From the IMG/VR virus record IMGVR_UViG_3300008262_000026: a stretch of DNA of 64,000 nucleotides. One strand, written 5' to 3'. Position numbers and translations under genes: made by a program. This DNA is from a virus (Duplodnaviria; Heunggongvirae; Uroviricota; Caudoviricetes). Position 1 is the first letter of the stretch. Each line of letters opens with the position of its first letter. A model generated the notes under the pieces. The model was not told the origin of the DNA. It worked only from the letters and a program-made list of their open reading frames with translations, and ran no database searches. Positions 1 through 9,521 of the stretch are shown piece by piece.

Positions 1-43
1 GTGCTAAAATGGTCTGATAAAGTTTTAGATGGTATTGATTTGA

Positions 44-280
44 ATGAAAAACTACCCGATGAAGAAAATGACTGAACCAACAGACACAGAAATCCTTGAA
101 TTTCTACTCAATCAGTTCCAATCACATTCTCTTCAAATGAATGGTGAAAGTGATTGGAAATTTATGAGTAGTGGATTTCCTATGAATAGAGCAAAAGGAC
201 AAACCGCAAGAGATGCTGTGATTACTGCTATGAAAAAAGCAAAAGATAGTAAAGAATTCTATGAATGGTTAGAAGAATGA
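44..280 (+). CDS. hypothetical protein (paralog of 8620..8814)
   Basis: Plus-strand ORF. Shares DTEILEFLLNQF.SHSL...GFPMN.AKG.TARDAVI motif with 8620..8814. True start may be the internal ATGACTGAA. Confidence 0.5.
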   Translation: MKNYPMKKMTEPTDTEILEFLLNQFQSHSLQMNGESDWKFMSSGFPMNRAKGQTARDAVITAMKKAKDSKEFYEWLEE

Positions 281-468
281 AAATTACAGAAATGAATAAG
301 AAAGTTATGCCCGAAACATATGAAGTTAGATATTATTTTTCGGGATACATAACTCCAGAAGAAATCCAAGATACTATGCTTTCAAGTTATGGAATGACTT
401 ATGAGAAATTTGGAAAAAATGTTATGGAGGAGTTCAACGAAGCATATAAATTTATGGATTTGGAGTAG
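265..468 (+). CDS. hypothetical protein
   Basis: Plus-strand ORF abutting neighbours. Start uncertain. Confidence 0.4.
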   Translation: MVRRMKITEMNKKVMPETYEVRYYFSGYITPEEIQDTMLSSYGMTYEKFGKNVMEEFNEAYKFMDLE

Positions 469-562
469 TAAAAATGCCCGAGTTTCTAATGCTCTTTATG
501 CTTGTTTATATGGGAGGTTCTATGTTTTTGGGACTACTTGAATACCTTATGGATAGAAAGAA

Positions 563-763
563 ATGACTGAACCACTATCTTACAAACTTGATACAAGTAA
601 AATTCAAACTCTTGAAGATGTGCGAAATATCTTTGAGTGTATGAACTTGGTTTCTAATGCTAATGAAACTCACGAAAAGTCTGAACTTCTCAAACAATAT
701 TTTACTATTCCTTATGTCGCAGAAAGTGTGAAGTTGAATTGGGAGGATTTGAAAAATGACTGA
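563..763 (+). CDS. hypothetical protein
   Basis: Plus-strand ORF. Stop overlaps next start (ATGACTGA). Confidence 0.45.
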   Translation: MTEPLSYKLDTSKIQTLEDVRNIFECMNLVSNANETHEKSELLKQYFTIPYVAESVKLNWEDLKND

Positions 764-923
764 ACAAGAAGAACTTCTCAAAGAGTATCAACAAGAAATT
801 GAGAAATGTTGGGAACTTGCTCAAAAACTTGATTCCCTAAATCCTGACCTTGTTGGTGCCTTTACTGGTTCTCCAAGTGAGAGGATTGAACGACAACTTT
901 ACACTCTTGGTATTTTGAACTGA
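756..923 (+). CDS. small hypothetical protein (paralog of C-terminus of 40501..40767)
   Basis: 55 aa. LNPDLVGAFTGSPSERIERQLYTLGILN is nearly identical to the end of 40501..40767. Confidence 0.5.
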   Translation: MTEQEELLKEYQQEIEKCWELAQKLDSLNPDLVGAFTGSPSERIERQLYTLGILN

Positions 924-924
924 A

Positions 925-1158
925 ATGAAACCAGTAAAAATTACAGCAGAAATCACAGTCACTCCTGAAATGTTTATTGAGTGGTGTGGTCAAGATGATT
1001 ATCTAAAGAATGAAGAAAAGTATAAGGATTATGTTGAAAGTTGGGTTCATTCCAAGTTTAGTTCTTATGGTAAATTTTTTGGAAAATATGATTATTTCAT
1101 TAATAAAACTATACCCGATAATGGAAATGGTTTGAAAATTATTATTCAGGAAGTTTAA
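925..1158 (+). CDS. hypothetical protein
   Basis: Plus-strand ORF, ATGA overlap with upstream stop. Followed by a terminator cassette. Confidence 0.5.
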   Translation: MKPVKITAEITVTPEMFIEWCGQDDYLKNEEKYKDYVESWVHSKFSSYGKFFGKYDYFINKTIPDNGNGLKIIIQEV

Positions 1159-1162
1159 TAGG

Positions 1163-1218
1163 ACACCTGAATAACTGTCACAAGGGCATCCCACAGGTGC
1201 CCTTTTTGGTCTATAATG
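1163..1218 (+). terminator. cassette A1: CACCTGAA-AACTG-CACAAGGGCA hairpin terminator + TATAAT (1212..1217)
   Basis: GC hairpin AAGGGCATCCCACAGGTGCCCTT plus T5, then TATAAT. Confidence 0.6.
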
Positions 1219-1238
1219 ACATTATGCGAAACAAACTA

Positions 1239-1502
1239 ATGGAAACCGAAATCATCAACGGACACAAAGCAGTTGTCCGTCATATCTTCAAACCAGAAGA
1301 AATTAAAGTTGGTTCAAAATGGATTCGTGCTGATGGTTCTGGTGGTATTGTAACAATTGAAGGTGTCAATCAATATGGTTCAATGGAACCTTGGACTGAA
1401 GTTGAGTTCTCTTGGGATTTTGATGGAGAAAAGGTGATTCACGCAAAAGATGCCTTCTCTTTTCAATGTCGTTATCTGTTGATTGTTGAGGATGAAGAAT
1501 GA
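1239..1502 (+). CDS. hypothetical protein
   Basis: ORF after cassette at 1163..1218. Start trimmed to the first ATG downstream of the TATAAT. Confidence 0.45.
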   Translation: METEIINGHKAVVRHIFKPEEIKVGSKWIRADGSGGIVTIEGVNQYGSMEPWTEVEFSWDFDGEKVIHAKDAFSFQCRYLLIVEDEE

Positions 1503-1690
1503 AAATCTATCTGGTTGCTGAAGACTATGATTATGGTCCAGGTTATAATCTGGGGGAAATTCACAAGGCATTCAAATCAAAAGAAAAAGCAGAAGAACTA
1601 GCAAAGAAAATGCTTGATGAGTATAATCAGGAACCTTTCCAAACGGTTTTTGATGTTATCTATGTAATGGAAATGGAGATGGAAGAATGA
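1499..1690 (+). CDS. hypothetical protein
   Basis: ATGA-overlapped plus-strand ORF. Confidence 0.45.
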   Translation: MKIYLVAEDYDYGPGYNLGEIHKAFKSKEKAEELAKKMLDEYNQEPFQTVFDVIYVMEMEMEE

Positions 1691-1965
1691 TTTACCTTTC
1701 ACTGTCACTTAAAAATCCATTCTCAGAAAGATATTCAGTTGTCTATGAGAAATTTGGAAAAACTTGGAATCCTTATAAGTTTTGGGATTTCAGTATTTCC
1801 AAAAATAGTTTTATTTTTGGATTTGCCTTTGACTTTAGCATCAGACAAGACCACGCAGGTTTTGGTTTTGATATTAGCATTTTTGGTTGGGGTATTGACT
1901 ATAGATTTTATGATGACCGACACTGGGATTATAAAATGGTTGCTGGGAGGAATACTAATGATTGA
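1687..1965 (+). CDS. hypothetical protein (F/G/D-rich)
   Basis: Plus-strand ORF. Stop overlaps ATG at 1958. Confidence 0.4.
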   Translation: MIYLSLSLKNPFSERYSVVYEKFGKTWNPYKFWDFSISKNSFIFGFAFDFSIRQDHAGFGFDISIFGWGIDYRFYDDRHWDYKMVAGRNTND

Positions 1966-2134
1966 AGCACTTGAATCTGCTTGGTATGAGGGAAGAGTCT
2001 TTTGTGCCTTTGAAACCCGTGAAGAATGTAAGGATTACATTAAAAAATGCTATCCTAATATTGACCCATTTGATGTTCAACTAAAAACAATGTATGTAAG
2101 TGAATACAAACCTTCTGGATACTTTGACCGATGA
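1958..2134 (+). CDS. hypothetical protein
   Basis: MIEALES... starts in ATGATTGA overlap. N-terminal part of track ORF 1739..2134 is judged spurious. Confidence 0.4.
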   Translation: MIEALESAWYEGRVFCAFETREECKDYIKKCYPNIDPFDVQLKTMYVSEYKPSGYFDR

Positions 2135-2403
2135 AACAACTTAAACTCTTCCAATACGATAAGAAATCTTGGTATGATGAAGAAACCTCCCATACTTGGC
2201 AGTTTGGTATCTTCAAAAACCGCACATTTCTTTGGGTGAATTATGAGAACCCCACTAATCAATTTTGGTCTTCTGGTGGGTATTTTATAACTCTTTCATT
2301 TCTTTCTTGTTCTTTCTTTGGATTAGAATTCAACAACTGCGAACAGTGCCTTAGTTTTCACTTCTTTTCTGAATACTTTGAGGGGTGGGAGGAACAAAAC
2401 TGA
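2131..2403 (+). CDS. hypothetical protein
   Basis: Plus-strand ORF, ATGA overlap. Confidence 0.4.
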   Translation: MKQLKLFQYDKKSWYDEETSHTWQFGIFKNRTFLWVNYENPTNQFWSSGGYFITLSFLSCSFFGLEFNNCEQCLSFHFFSEYFEGWEEQN

Positions 2404-2635
2404 TTATGTCTTGGAAAGGTTATCACGTTTGGAACATTATTGAAAAGGAAACTGGTAGAGGTATGCTGTGTGCATTTCTATCTAGAAAGGAATGTGTTGA
2501 CCTTTGAAACAGGTAGTATGGAAGATGCTGAAGAAAAGTGGAGACTAGATAAGTTTACCTTTGAGCAATCTTTACTATTACGAAGAGAAACTGTTATGGA
2601 ACACTTTCCCCTTGTAGATTTAAATAACTGGGATT

Positions 2636-2878
2636 ATGACATTTGATAAAGACGAATACTACTCTTGGATAGCAGAAAACGACACATACCCAGAGCATTC
2701 ACATAAGTGGATTGTTGAGTTATATACGGGACTTAGTGTAGATTCTTATTTCAGGTCTTTAGGTCCATTTGATACCAAAGAGGATGCACATAAGTTCTCT
2801 CAGCATTATAAGAAGACATATACAAAACGAGGATTTATCTATAGAGCTTCTATCAAACCATTATGTGAGGTATTATGA
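2636..2878 (+). CDS. hypothetical protein
   Basis: Plus-strand ORF. Confidence 0.45.
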   Translation: MTFDKDEYYSWIAENDTYPEHSHKWIVELYTGLSVDSYFRSLGPFDTKEDAHKFSQHYKKTYTKRGFIYRASIKPLCEVL

Positions 2879-3063
2879 CTAAAACAGTAAAGTTCGTATC
2901 AGTCACTCGCACGATTGACCATAAGACACGGATTCATTATTTGGATGCCATTGATGAGGATGGTTTGCATTGGATGGCACAGATGGACCACAAGACAGAA
3001 CCTTTCCTGTGCTTCATTAGAGAATGGAGAAAAGACCCTCAACAACCGAAAATTTATGACTGA
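2875..3063 (+). CDS. hypothetical protein
   Basis: Plus-strand ORF, ATGA overlap. Confidence 0.45.
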   Translation: MTKTVKFVSVTRTIDHKTRIHYLDAIDEDGLHWMAQMDHKTEPFLCFIREWRKDPQQPKIYD

Positions 3064-3256
3064 ACCTGATTACAAAATTGAAGAGTTATTCAACACTAGA
3101 ATTCTGAAAGTTCAGTTCGTCATTTATGCTAGAACATACGATTCTTGGTCATTTGCTGTAGATGACAGATTTGATACTCTTGAGGAAGCAAAAGAAGTTG
3201 TTAGAATTCTGAGAAAATATAAAAAACGAGTATTTCATTATGTGGAGGAAGAATGA
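3056..3256 (+). CDS. hypothetical protein
   Basis: Start moved to ATGACTGAACC, the typical start form in this genome. Confidence 0.45.
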   Translation: MTEPDYKIEELFNTRILKVQFVIYARTYDSWSFAVDDRFDTLEEAKEVVRILRKYKKRVFHYVEEE

Positions 3257-3422
3257 CTGAAGAACAAAATGACAAAGAATAAGGTTGTATTTTATGGTGC
3301 TTGGGTAGTTTGGATTTCTTGTTGCCTATCTCCTGCACTTATTTTCGCATATCTTTTACATCAACAGTATGATTTAGATATAAAAATGTATGAATTGAGA
3401 ACAGAACTTATAGGAGTAAAAA

Positions 3423-3728
3423 ATGACTGACGACGAAATCCTTGAACTAGCAAAACTTGTTGGTGCTATGTGGATACATCTGCCACAACATGAAGAAAAC
3501 ATCAATCATCCAGAATTCGGAAGGCATACCTACATTTACGGAATAGCATACGAAAATGCACAGTATAATAAATGTGTTGCTGCTCTTCTCAAAGAACTTG
3601 TAAGGCAATACTCTACTTCTCTTCCACCAGATTCTGGTATGGATGAGTTTTATGCTAGAATGCATGGTGGAGAATCCGTGATATATGTTGATGATATTTT
3701 GAAAGTGATTAAGGAACTTGAAGGATGA
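3423..3728 (+). CDS. hypothetical protein
   Basis: Plus-strand ORF. Confidence 0.5.
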   Translation: MTDDEILELAKLVGAMWIHLPQHEENINHPEFGRHTYIYGIAYENAQYNKCVAALLKELVRQYSTSLPPDSGMDEFYARMHGGESVIYVDDILKVIKELEG

Positions 3729-3882
3729 ATAAGTATTCTGTGGTGCTTCATAGTGATGTAAGTGATTCTGATGTTTGGTTGAACTTTATTGTGAATACTC
3801 CCATGACACCAAAACAACTTGAAACTTATTATAAGTGTCAGAGTTTATCTATCAGTAAAGTAGATGTTGTGGAATTGAACCG

Positions 3883-4050
3883 ATGACTAAACCACATAAT
3901 GACCCTAAATTGATTAAAGAATTGAGGGAAAGAAGTGGTGCTGGACTTATGAATTGCAAGAAAGCACTATGCTCAACAAATGGAGATATGGAAGAAGCAA
4001 TTAAATGGTTAAATGAGCATCGCAGTTGGTGGGATGGTATTATTTACTGA
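3883..4050 (+). CDS. EF-Ts N-terminal (UBA-like, EF-Tu-binding) domain protein, 55 aa
   Basis: Not in the ORF track (<60 aa). [43 protein letters not shown] matches the EF-Ts N-terminal signature ([25 protein letters not shown]..L). Confidence 0.55.
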   Translation: MTKPHNDPKLIKELRERSGAGLMNCKKALCSTNGDMEEAIKWLNEHRSWWDGIIY

Positions 4051-4057
4051 GGAAAAA

Positions 4058-4261
4058 ATGAATCAAAGAGCACAAAAAATCTGGAAAACCTTCTGTGATG
4101 AAGTAATTCGTCCACCATCAGAAGACCAAAAAGAAGCATTGGCATCAGCAATTCGTATGATTATAGATGAGTATGAAATTTTTATGGACAATGATAGTTT
4201 TGGTAATATGGTAGTAACTTCTAATGAACTTCGTATTCTTGCTGATGAGTTGGACAAATGA
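4058..4261 (+). CDS. hypothetical protein
   Basis: Start trimmed to MNQRAQ. The track's N-terminal extension overlaps the EF-Ts-like ORF. Confidence 0.45.
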   Translation: MNQRAQKIWKTFCDEVIRPPSEDQKEALASAIRMIIDEYEIFMDNDSFGNMVVTSNELRILADELDK

Positions 4262-4446
4262 GTTACCGTTGGATGACACATAAAGACCTTTCTGCTGCAA
4301 TAAGAGCACAGAATATCCTAAATTCAAGAGTAAAACGAGGGGAGATTGAACAACCAACAAAATATTCTTATGTTGTGTGTGGTTGTGGTGAAGAAGGTTG
4401 TGGATTTATTAGTTGTGTAAAAAATGAAAGTCAAAGAACTAATTGA
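4258..4446 (+). CDS. hypothetical protein
   Basis: Plus-strand ORF. Confidence 0.4.
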   Translation: MSYRWMTHKDLSAAIRAQNILNSRVKRGEIEQPTKYSYVVCGCGEEGCGFISCVKNESQRTN

Positions 4447-4660
4447 AGAACTACAAAAGTATCCAGAGGATATGGAAGTAGTTTTGCTTGGTGGTTGTGG
4501 TAGTTATGAACCATCAATAGAGGTAGAAAAAGTTACAGTAACGGTTTATCCAGAAGATATCAATGAAAAAGATGATTTTATGAAATCTTATTTTTCTAAA
4601 GATAGTGATGATTATTGGAGTTTTCGTAGAGTAGACGTGGATGTTATTGTGTTATGGTAA
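4424..4660 (+). CDS. hypothetical protein
   Basis: Plus-strand ORF. Confidence 0.45.
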   Translation: MKVKELIEELQKYPEDMEVVLLGGCGSYEPSIEVEKVTVTVYPEDINEKDDFMKSYFSKDSDDYWSFRRVDVDVIVLW

Positions 4661-4920
4661 TTATGAAACTCACAAGAATGATATTTGATTATTGGCGTTA
4701 TTGGATGTTATTTGATGATAGTGATGTAGAGTGGGTGAATATAAATGGAACAGAAGGTATTTGTTATTATGACGGGTATAATGCTACTTTCTGGTATTTG
4801 TTGAATATTTCATATTATCAAATGAATAACAAACTTTATGCCAAAACTGGATGTAAGGAACCTTATGAAGTTTTGAGTGATTTTGATGAGGACTACTTAT
4901 TGGAGAATGGTTATAAATGA
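4654..4920 (+). CDS. hypothetical protein
   Basis: Plus-strand ORF. Confidence 0.45.
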   Translation: MVIMKLTRMIFDYWRYWMLFDDSDVEWVNINGTEGICYYDGYNATFWYLLNISYYQMNNKLYAKTGCKEPYEVLSDFDEDYLLENGYK

Positions 4921-5147
4921 CCGAACTAACACCAGTGCAACAAGATTTATTAAATCTATTTCAACAAAAAGTTAAAAATTCTATTAAAGAAAGCAAAGTA
5001 GAGTATGACCCTACTACTTTTAGACCAATTAAAAAAATTGTATTAGAGATTGATTTGGAGTTTATGTGTGATAATTCTTTTTATATTTTAAAAGAAAAAT
5101 TATATGAAGTCGTTGGAAAAGTAATATGTGGGATTGAGACCACCTGA
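4917..5147 (+). CDS. hypothetical protein
   Basis: Plus-strand ORF followed by terminator cassette 5141..5196. Confidence 0.45.
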   Translation: MTELTPVQQDLLNLFQQKVKNSIKESKVEYDPTTFRPIKKIVLEIDLEFMCDNSFYILKEKLYEVVGKVICGIETT

Positions 5148-5196
5148 ACAACTGGCACAAGGGCACTGCAGAGGTGCCCTTTTTTGGTCTATAATG
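5141..5196 (+). terminator. cassette A2 (terminator + TATAAT 5190..5195)
   Basis: Same architecture. Confidence 0.6.
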
Positions 5197-5218
5197 ATTT
5201 CATACACACAAAGGACTG

Positions 5219-5419
5219 ATGACTTCTGAAAAAGCAAAACAAATCTATGATGCTTGGGAAAATGAGTATTGCCTACAAAAACATTTCTATGAACACCGTG
5301 CTCTTGCTGCTGCTATCCGTGCTGTTGCTGATAGATTTGCTACTGACTGGGGAGAATTACAACATCCTTATGATGTATTGAATGAGATTGCTAATGAACT
5401 GGAGAACCTAAATGACTGA
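5219..5419 (+). CDS. hypothetical protein (weak similarity to 17956..18180)
   Basis: Shares AAAIRAV/AAALRAV core with 17956..18180. Confidence 0.45.
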   Translation: MTSEKAKQIYDAWENEYCLQKHFYEHRALAAAIRAVADRFATDWGELQHPYDVLNEIANELENLND

Positions 5420-5600
5420 CTCTAAAACTCTAATTCAACGCATCGCAACGGCAATCTCCACTGCCCCTCAAGGTGAAACCTATGAGGACTGCCGCAATAA
5501 TGAGGCAAAGGCAGTTCTTGAAGAGATTGCTAATTGGATGGATGAGTATGAAAAACCTTGGACTACTTCTTCCAGATTTCGTGGGGAGGCAAACAAATGA
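5412..5600 (+). CDS. hypothetical protein (paralog of 42807..42995)
   Basis: IATAISTAP.GETY.D.RNNEAKA.LEE is shared with 42807..42995. Confidence 0.5.
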   Translation: MTDSKTLIQRIATAISTAPQGETYEDCRNNEAKAVLEEIANWMDEYEKPWTTSSRFRGEANK

Positions 5601-5803
5601 CTAAACCAGATTATAAAACTCTTCTCACCACACAATTCACGAAAGACCTTCTTTCTATCTACAAATCTGTTCGGAAAAATCGTAAAAAAATTCGTGAAGA
5701 TTTAGATGACGATTTTTGGACTGAAGATATTGATTGGAGTGTAGTAGAATATTTCATTTATGACCTTGAAGAATTAGCAGAGTATTTGGAAGCAAACAAA
5801 TGA
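5597..5803 (+). CDS. hypothetical protein
   Basis: Start trimmed to ATGACTAAACC. Confidence 0.45.
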   Translation: MTKPDYKTLLTTQFTKDLLSIYKSVRKNRKKIREDLDDDFWTEDIDWSVVEYFIYDLEELAEYLEANK

Positions 5804-6027
5804 AATGTAAAACCTGTAAGCACTGGAAATCCAACCCATTTGGAACTGGAATCTGTAGTGGCATCACATCAGAATTCAAGACAGTTTCACTTCCTTCTGT
5901 GATTGATAAGAAAGGAAACGAACAAAAGAGAAGTAAGTTACTGAAAGTTCGTTCTGGTATTTTTGGTATTGTTGATACTGTAATGACCCCACCGGATTTC
6001 TATTGTAAAAATTGGAGACAAAAATGA
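5800..6027 (+). CDS. hypothetical Cys-rich protein
   Basis: CKTCKHW...C motif, possible zinc ribbon. Confidence 0.45.
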   Translation: MKCKTCKHWKSNPFGTGICSGITSEFKTVSLPSVIDKKGNEQKRSKLLKVRSGIFGIVDTVMTPPDFYCKNWRQK

Positions 6028-6248
6028 AAGATTTTCATGCCCTACTAATAATCATTTTTGCATTTATGCTCCTTACTTTTTCTCTTTTTGTTGCTGACAT
6101 GGCATCAAAAGCATACAACACGCAAAAAGACGGGGAGATGTTTGTGAAAACTTATGAGATGGTGGTAGAATGTCGTAAGAACATTGGGTTCCCATCTGCT
6201 GATAAGATATGTGGTGAGTTGCCCACTTTTGTAAATAAGGTATCTTGA
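6012..6248 (+). CDS. small membrane protein
   Basis: N-terminal hydrophobic helix LLIIIFAFMLLTFSLFV. Confidence 0.45.
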   Translation: METKMKDFHALLIIIFAFMLLTFSLFVADMASKAYNTQKDGEMFVKTYEMVVECRKNIGFPSADKICGELPTFVNKVS

Positions 6249-6255
6249 GGATTTT

Positions 6256-6459
6256 GTGATGGATGATGGAACTTGGATTATTTTTCCACTGCTTTTATTT
6301 CAGTTTGCTTGGACTAGTATGTGGTATAATTATGGAAACTATAATGGAAATAAGGAATCTGTAGATAAGACAACTATTGAGTGTATAGAAAAACCTAATG
6401 TATGCAAAGACCGATACCAGTACATGAAACTTGGAGAAAAATTGGAGAAGAGTAAATGA
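6256..6459 (+). CDS. small single-TM protein (CxxP..CK..YQY.KL family, copy 1)
   Basis: TM helix plus IECIEKPNVCKDRYQYMKL motif shared with 6456..6647 and 7493..7741. Confidence 0.5.
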   Translation: MMDDGTWIIFPLLLFQFAWTSMWYNYGNYNGNKESVDKTTIECIEKPNVCKDRYQYMKLGEKLEKSK

Positions 6460-6647
6460 ATGATGATTATTGGTTTGGGCCCGTATTAGTATTGGCGACT
6501 ATGATTACATTTGGAATGTTTTTATTTGGTTCCAATCACGGATATAATGTAGGAAAAGTAGAAAAAATCAAATACTGTATTGAGAAGCCAGCAGAATGTA
6601 AGTTGGAGTATCAGTATTTGAAGTTAAAAGAGCAGCAAGATAAATAA
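6456..6647 (+). CDS. small single-TM protein (same family, copy 2)
   Basis: YCIEKPAECKLEYQYLKL. Tandem paralog of 6256..6459. Confidence 0.5.
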   Translation: MNDDYWFGPVLVLATMITFGMFLFGSNHGYNVGKVEKIKYCIEKPAECKLEYQYLKLKEQQDK

Positions 6648-6919
6648 TGAATTCTCCATATAAAGTTTTAGATGTGAATTTTAATAATTGGGCAGATGCT
6701 CAAGAATATGCGTGGAAGTTAATATATAAAGATAAAATAGAATACGTTAGTATTTTTATCTGGAATGATTATCGTGGTGAATATGGGCTACTTCAGGAAT
6801 TAGAAATACGTAGGGGGGTGGAGCCAAATCCACACTTCAATACTTGGACATTTGCTCCGTACTTTTGGAGACAAAAAATAAATTCTTCCAAACAATTATC
6901 AGTATACTTAGAGGATTAG
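6647..6919 (+). CDS. hypothetical protein
   Basis: Plus-strand ORF. Confidence 0.45.
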   Translation: MNSPYKVLDVNFNNWADAQEYAWKLIYKDKIEYVSIFIWNDYRGEYGLLQELEIRRGVEPNPHFNTWTFAPYFWRQKINSSKQLSVYLED

Positions 6920-7214
6920 CTATGATTGAAATGCGTATTGTAGAGCACGAAATGGGCGTAAGGTCAGATATTCAGTATCGGTATAAGTATCAACTACCCT
7001 CCGAGTTTATTTCCCCAGATTCAGAAGGGCAGGAATGGGTGTGGAGTGATTGGCAAACTGCACCCTATGTAAATGCTGCAGATATTTGAGATGACTGATT
7101 GTTGGGATTGTATCCACTTAGAAAAGAGAAGGGGTGGATTTCAATATTGCCTACTTAATGGAGGTAGGATAAATGTTGATGCAAACAAAGACCGTTGTGA
7201 TGAATGGGTAGTGG

Positions 7215-7496
7215 TTGAAGAGGACATTGAAAATGACTGAAGATTATGATAACATCAAGAGAATTGCTGAGGAACTACGAACTTGTGCTTGTTCTTGGGA
7301 ACCAAATGCAAAACTTCTTGGTAATGTGAGTGCAAAAGATAGGGATAAGGAGTTATTGAGTATCAATAGTGGGTATGATGAACTGCGAACAGTTTATAAT
7401 GAACTCAAAAAAATCTTTGACAGTGGAATCCGAAGCACAGAAAGTTTTGAAAGTGCCAAAGATTATAACCACATTTATGCTCCTGGAACAAAATGA
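7215..7496 (+). CDS. hypothetical protein
   Basis: Plus-strand ORF. Confidence 0.45.
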   Translation: MKRTLKMTEDYDNIKRIAEELRTCACSWEPNAKLLGNVSAKDRDKELLSINSGYDELRTVYNELKKIFDSGIRSTESFESAKDYNHIYAPGTK

Positions 7497-7741
7497 ATAA
7501 AGACAACGAAGGACTTGCTGTTATTGGACTTGTTGTAGTATGTCTTTATGTTCCATTTTCATTAGTATTTTCTGCCATTGGAATCTATTATATGAATAAT
7601 GTGAATAGATTGATTGACCAAAAAACTGTAGATTACACTATCAATGAGTCCATCAAACTCTGTGTGGGGAATCCCAAGTGGTGTAAGAACAAGTATGAGG
7701 TGATTAAGTTTGATGAGGCACAGGAGAAGAAAGAACGATGA
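7493..7741 (+). CDS. small single-TM protein (same Cys-motif family, copy 3)
   Basis: TM helix plus GNPKWCKNKYEVIKF. Confidence 0.45.
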   Translation: MNKDNEGLAVIGLVVVCLYVPFSLVFSAIGIYYMNNVNRLIDQKTVDYTINESIKLCVGNPKWCKNKYEVIKFDEAQEKKER

Positions 7742-7962
7742 CTGAACGAAACTTTGTAAAAGAACTTTGCTATTCCCGATGTGTTGATATGGAGGATGGG
7801 AATGATACTGAAACCATTTGCTATCACTCTTTGATTTCTATTATTACCGAATTCCATAATAGAATTGAAGAACTTGGAAATCAGGTTGAAAACTTAAAAT
7901 GGGATAAAATTAGAGAACTTGAAAGTCAAATTGAAGACCTGAAATATAGAACTTATGACTGA
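7738..7962 (+). CDS. hypothetical protein
   Basis: Plus-strand ORF. Confidence 0.45.
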   Translation: MTERNFVKELCYSRCVDMEDGNDTETICYHSLISIITEFHNRIEELGNQVENLKWDKIRELESQIEDLKYRTYD

Positions 7963-8164
7963 CATAAGAAATCAACCATTCACAACTGATGCACTCACCA
8001 TTCGGCAACTCAAAGAAATCTTGAGTGTTCTTCCCGATACTAATGAGTATGGTGAGGATTATGAGGTATGGACTGGGGATGGTGGTTCCTTCTCAAATGT
8101 GATAAAATCTGTTTGTGCCTTGAATAAAAGAGAAGATGGTTGTGACATTATTTTGGAGGTATGA
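7955..8164 (+). CDS. hypothetical protein
   Basis: Plus-strand ORF. Confidence 0.45.
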   Translation: MTDIRNQPFTTDALTIRQLKEILSVLPDTNEYGEDYEVWTGDGGSFSNVIKSVCALNKREDGCDIILEV

Positions 8165-8377
8165 AAAATGACTGAACAAGAACACCTTGAATGCGAAATT
8201 CAAGAATATCAAATTGAACTTCAACAACACGAAGAAGCAATAGAACGACTCAAAGTTCGCATTGAACAAAAAGAAAAAGAACTTGAAATAATGCTCTTAA
8301 AGAAACTTTGAATTATTATATCAGACCACCACAAGAATTAGACCCCAAGAATCTTCCGTATTTTGTAGGTAACTGAA

Positions 8378-8623
8378 ATGACTAATCAACAACCCCCTGA
8401 TATTATTGAAATCGGTGGTGTAAAATACCAACGAGTGGAAGAACCAAAACCACCGACACTTTATGATACTTTTATTAAAGAGCACGGAGATTACCCAATG
8501 GGCAGGAAAGATGCTTGTGATATTGTAAGAGGTTGGTTGATTGACCACACCGTAATTGAAACTGAAGATGCCGAAAGGGTTACATTTACTATTCTAAAAG
8601 AACAACTACAAACACCAAAATGA
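8378..8623 (+). CDS. hypothetical protein
   Basis: Plus-strand ORF. Confidence 0.45.
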   Translation: MTNQQPPDIIEIGGVKYQRVEEPKPPTLYDTFIKEHGDYPMGRKDACDIVRGWLIDHTVIETEDAERVTFTILKEQLQTPK

Positions 8624-8814
8624 CTGAACAACCATCAGACACAGAAATCCTTGAATTTCTACTCAATCAATTCAAATCTCATTCTCTCAAGATGGATGGT
8701 GTGAGTGATTGGGTGTTTATCAACACTGGATTTCCTATGAATCACGCAAAAGGAAGAACCGCAAGAGATGCCGTAATTGCCGCAATGAGGAAGCAGAAGA
8801 AAAATGAATCCTAA
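8620..8814 (+). CDS. hypothetical protein (paralog of 44..280)
   Basis: See 44..280. Confidence 0.5.
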   Translation: MTEQPSDTEILEFLLNQFKSHSLKMDGVSDWVFINTGFPMNHAKGRTARDAVIAAMRKQKKNES

Positions 8815-9037
8815 ACAAAGTGGGTATTATTATACTTACTATTATAATATAAGACCTGATGGATATTTCTACAAGTGCATCTACTGGTGTCAAGAAAGGC
8901 AGAAGTGGATTTCTTGGAGAAGTCCCTTCAGTTCTTCCCTACATCACTTTGAGGTTGAAAGATTTGAAGAAGAAACCAGAAGTGATTTTTATAGTGAATG
9001 TTTAGATAAACTTAAAGGAGTCAAAAATGAAATTTGA
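8804..9037 (+). CDS. hypothetical protein
   Basis: Plus-strand ORF. Confidence 0.4.
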   Translation: MNPKQSGYYYTYYYNIRPDGYFYKCIYWCQERQKWISWRSPFSSSLHHFEVERFEEETRSDFYSECLDKLKGVKNEI

Positions 9038-9371
9038 TTATTGTGCAGAAATTCTATCTAAAAACTACTTACCCGCATACCATTTCAGATACACACTAAC
9101 TGAAAATGAAGTAAGAAAATTTCTTCATAAGTATGGATATGATAATAATGATTTTATGTTAGTATTCAGTAATCCAACTGTAGATGATTTTTATAAAATT
9201 TTATCGTCAGTAGAGATTATCAAAGATTCTCTTTCAAGTGATAAAGTTGATTTAGGTATTGACTATAAGAAGAAGTATGAGGAACTTGTAGAACTTCTGG
9301 AACCTCATAAGATTGATGATATGCCACCAGAAACAACACTCAAGATGATTTTACAATATGGGAAACCCTAA
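9027..9371 (+). CDS. hypothetical protein
   Basis: Plus-strand ORF. Confidence 0.45.
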   Translation: MKFDYCAEILSKNYLPAYHFRYTLTENEVRKFLHKYGYDNNDFMLVFSNPTVDDFYKILSSVEIIKDSLSSDKVDLGIDYKKKYEELVELLEPHKIDDMPPETTLKMILQYGKP

Positions 9372-9521
9372 TGGATAAGAAAAAACCATATAAACATAAG
9401 ATAAGGATAGATTCTTCTGGTGCCAGTGAATGGGTAAATATGCTAGAATACTTTATGAGTGATGAAGGAAAGGAAGAACTGAAGAAATTGTCTGAATTTG
9501 CAGAGAGGAATAGGAAAAGAA

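Noticed and set aside
1171-1190. TGGCAC in cassette A looked like a sigma-54 -24 element
   Set aside because: Spacing to the following GC is 9 rather than 12, and no TTGCA -12 element is present.
1739-2134. 131-aa ORF from the track
   Set aside because: Only the last 58 codons (1958..2134) look genuine. The N-terminal part overlaps ORF 1687..1965 in another frame.
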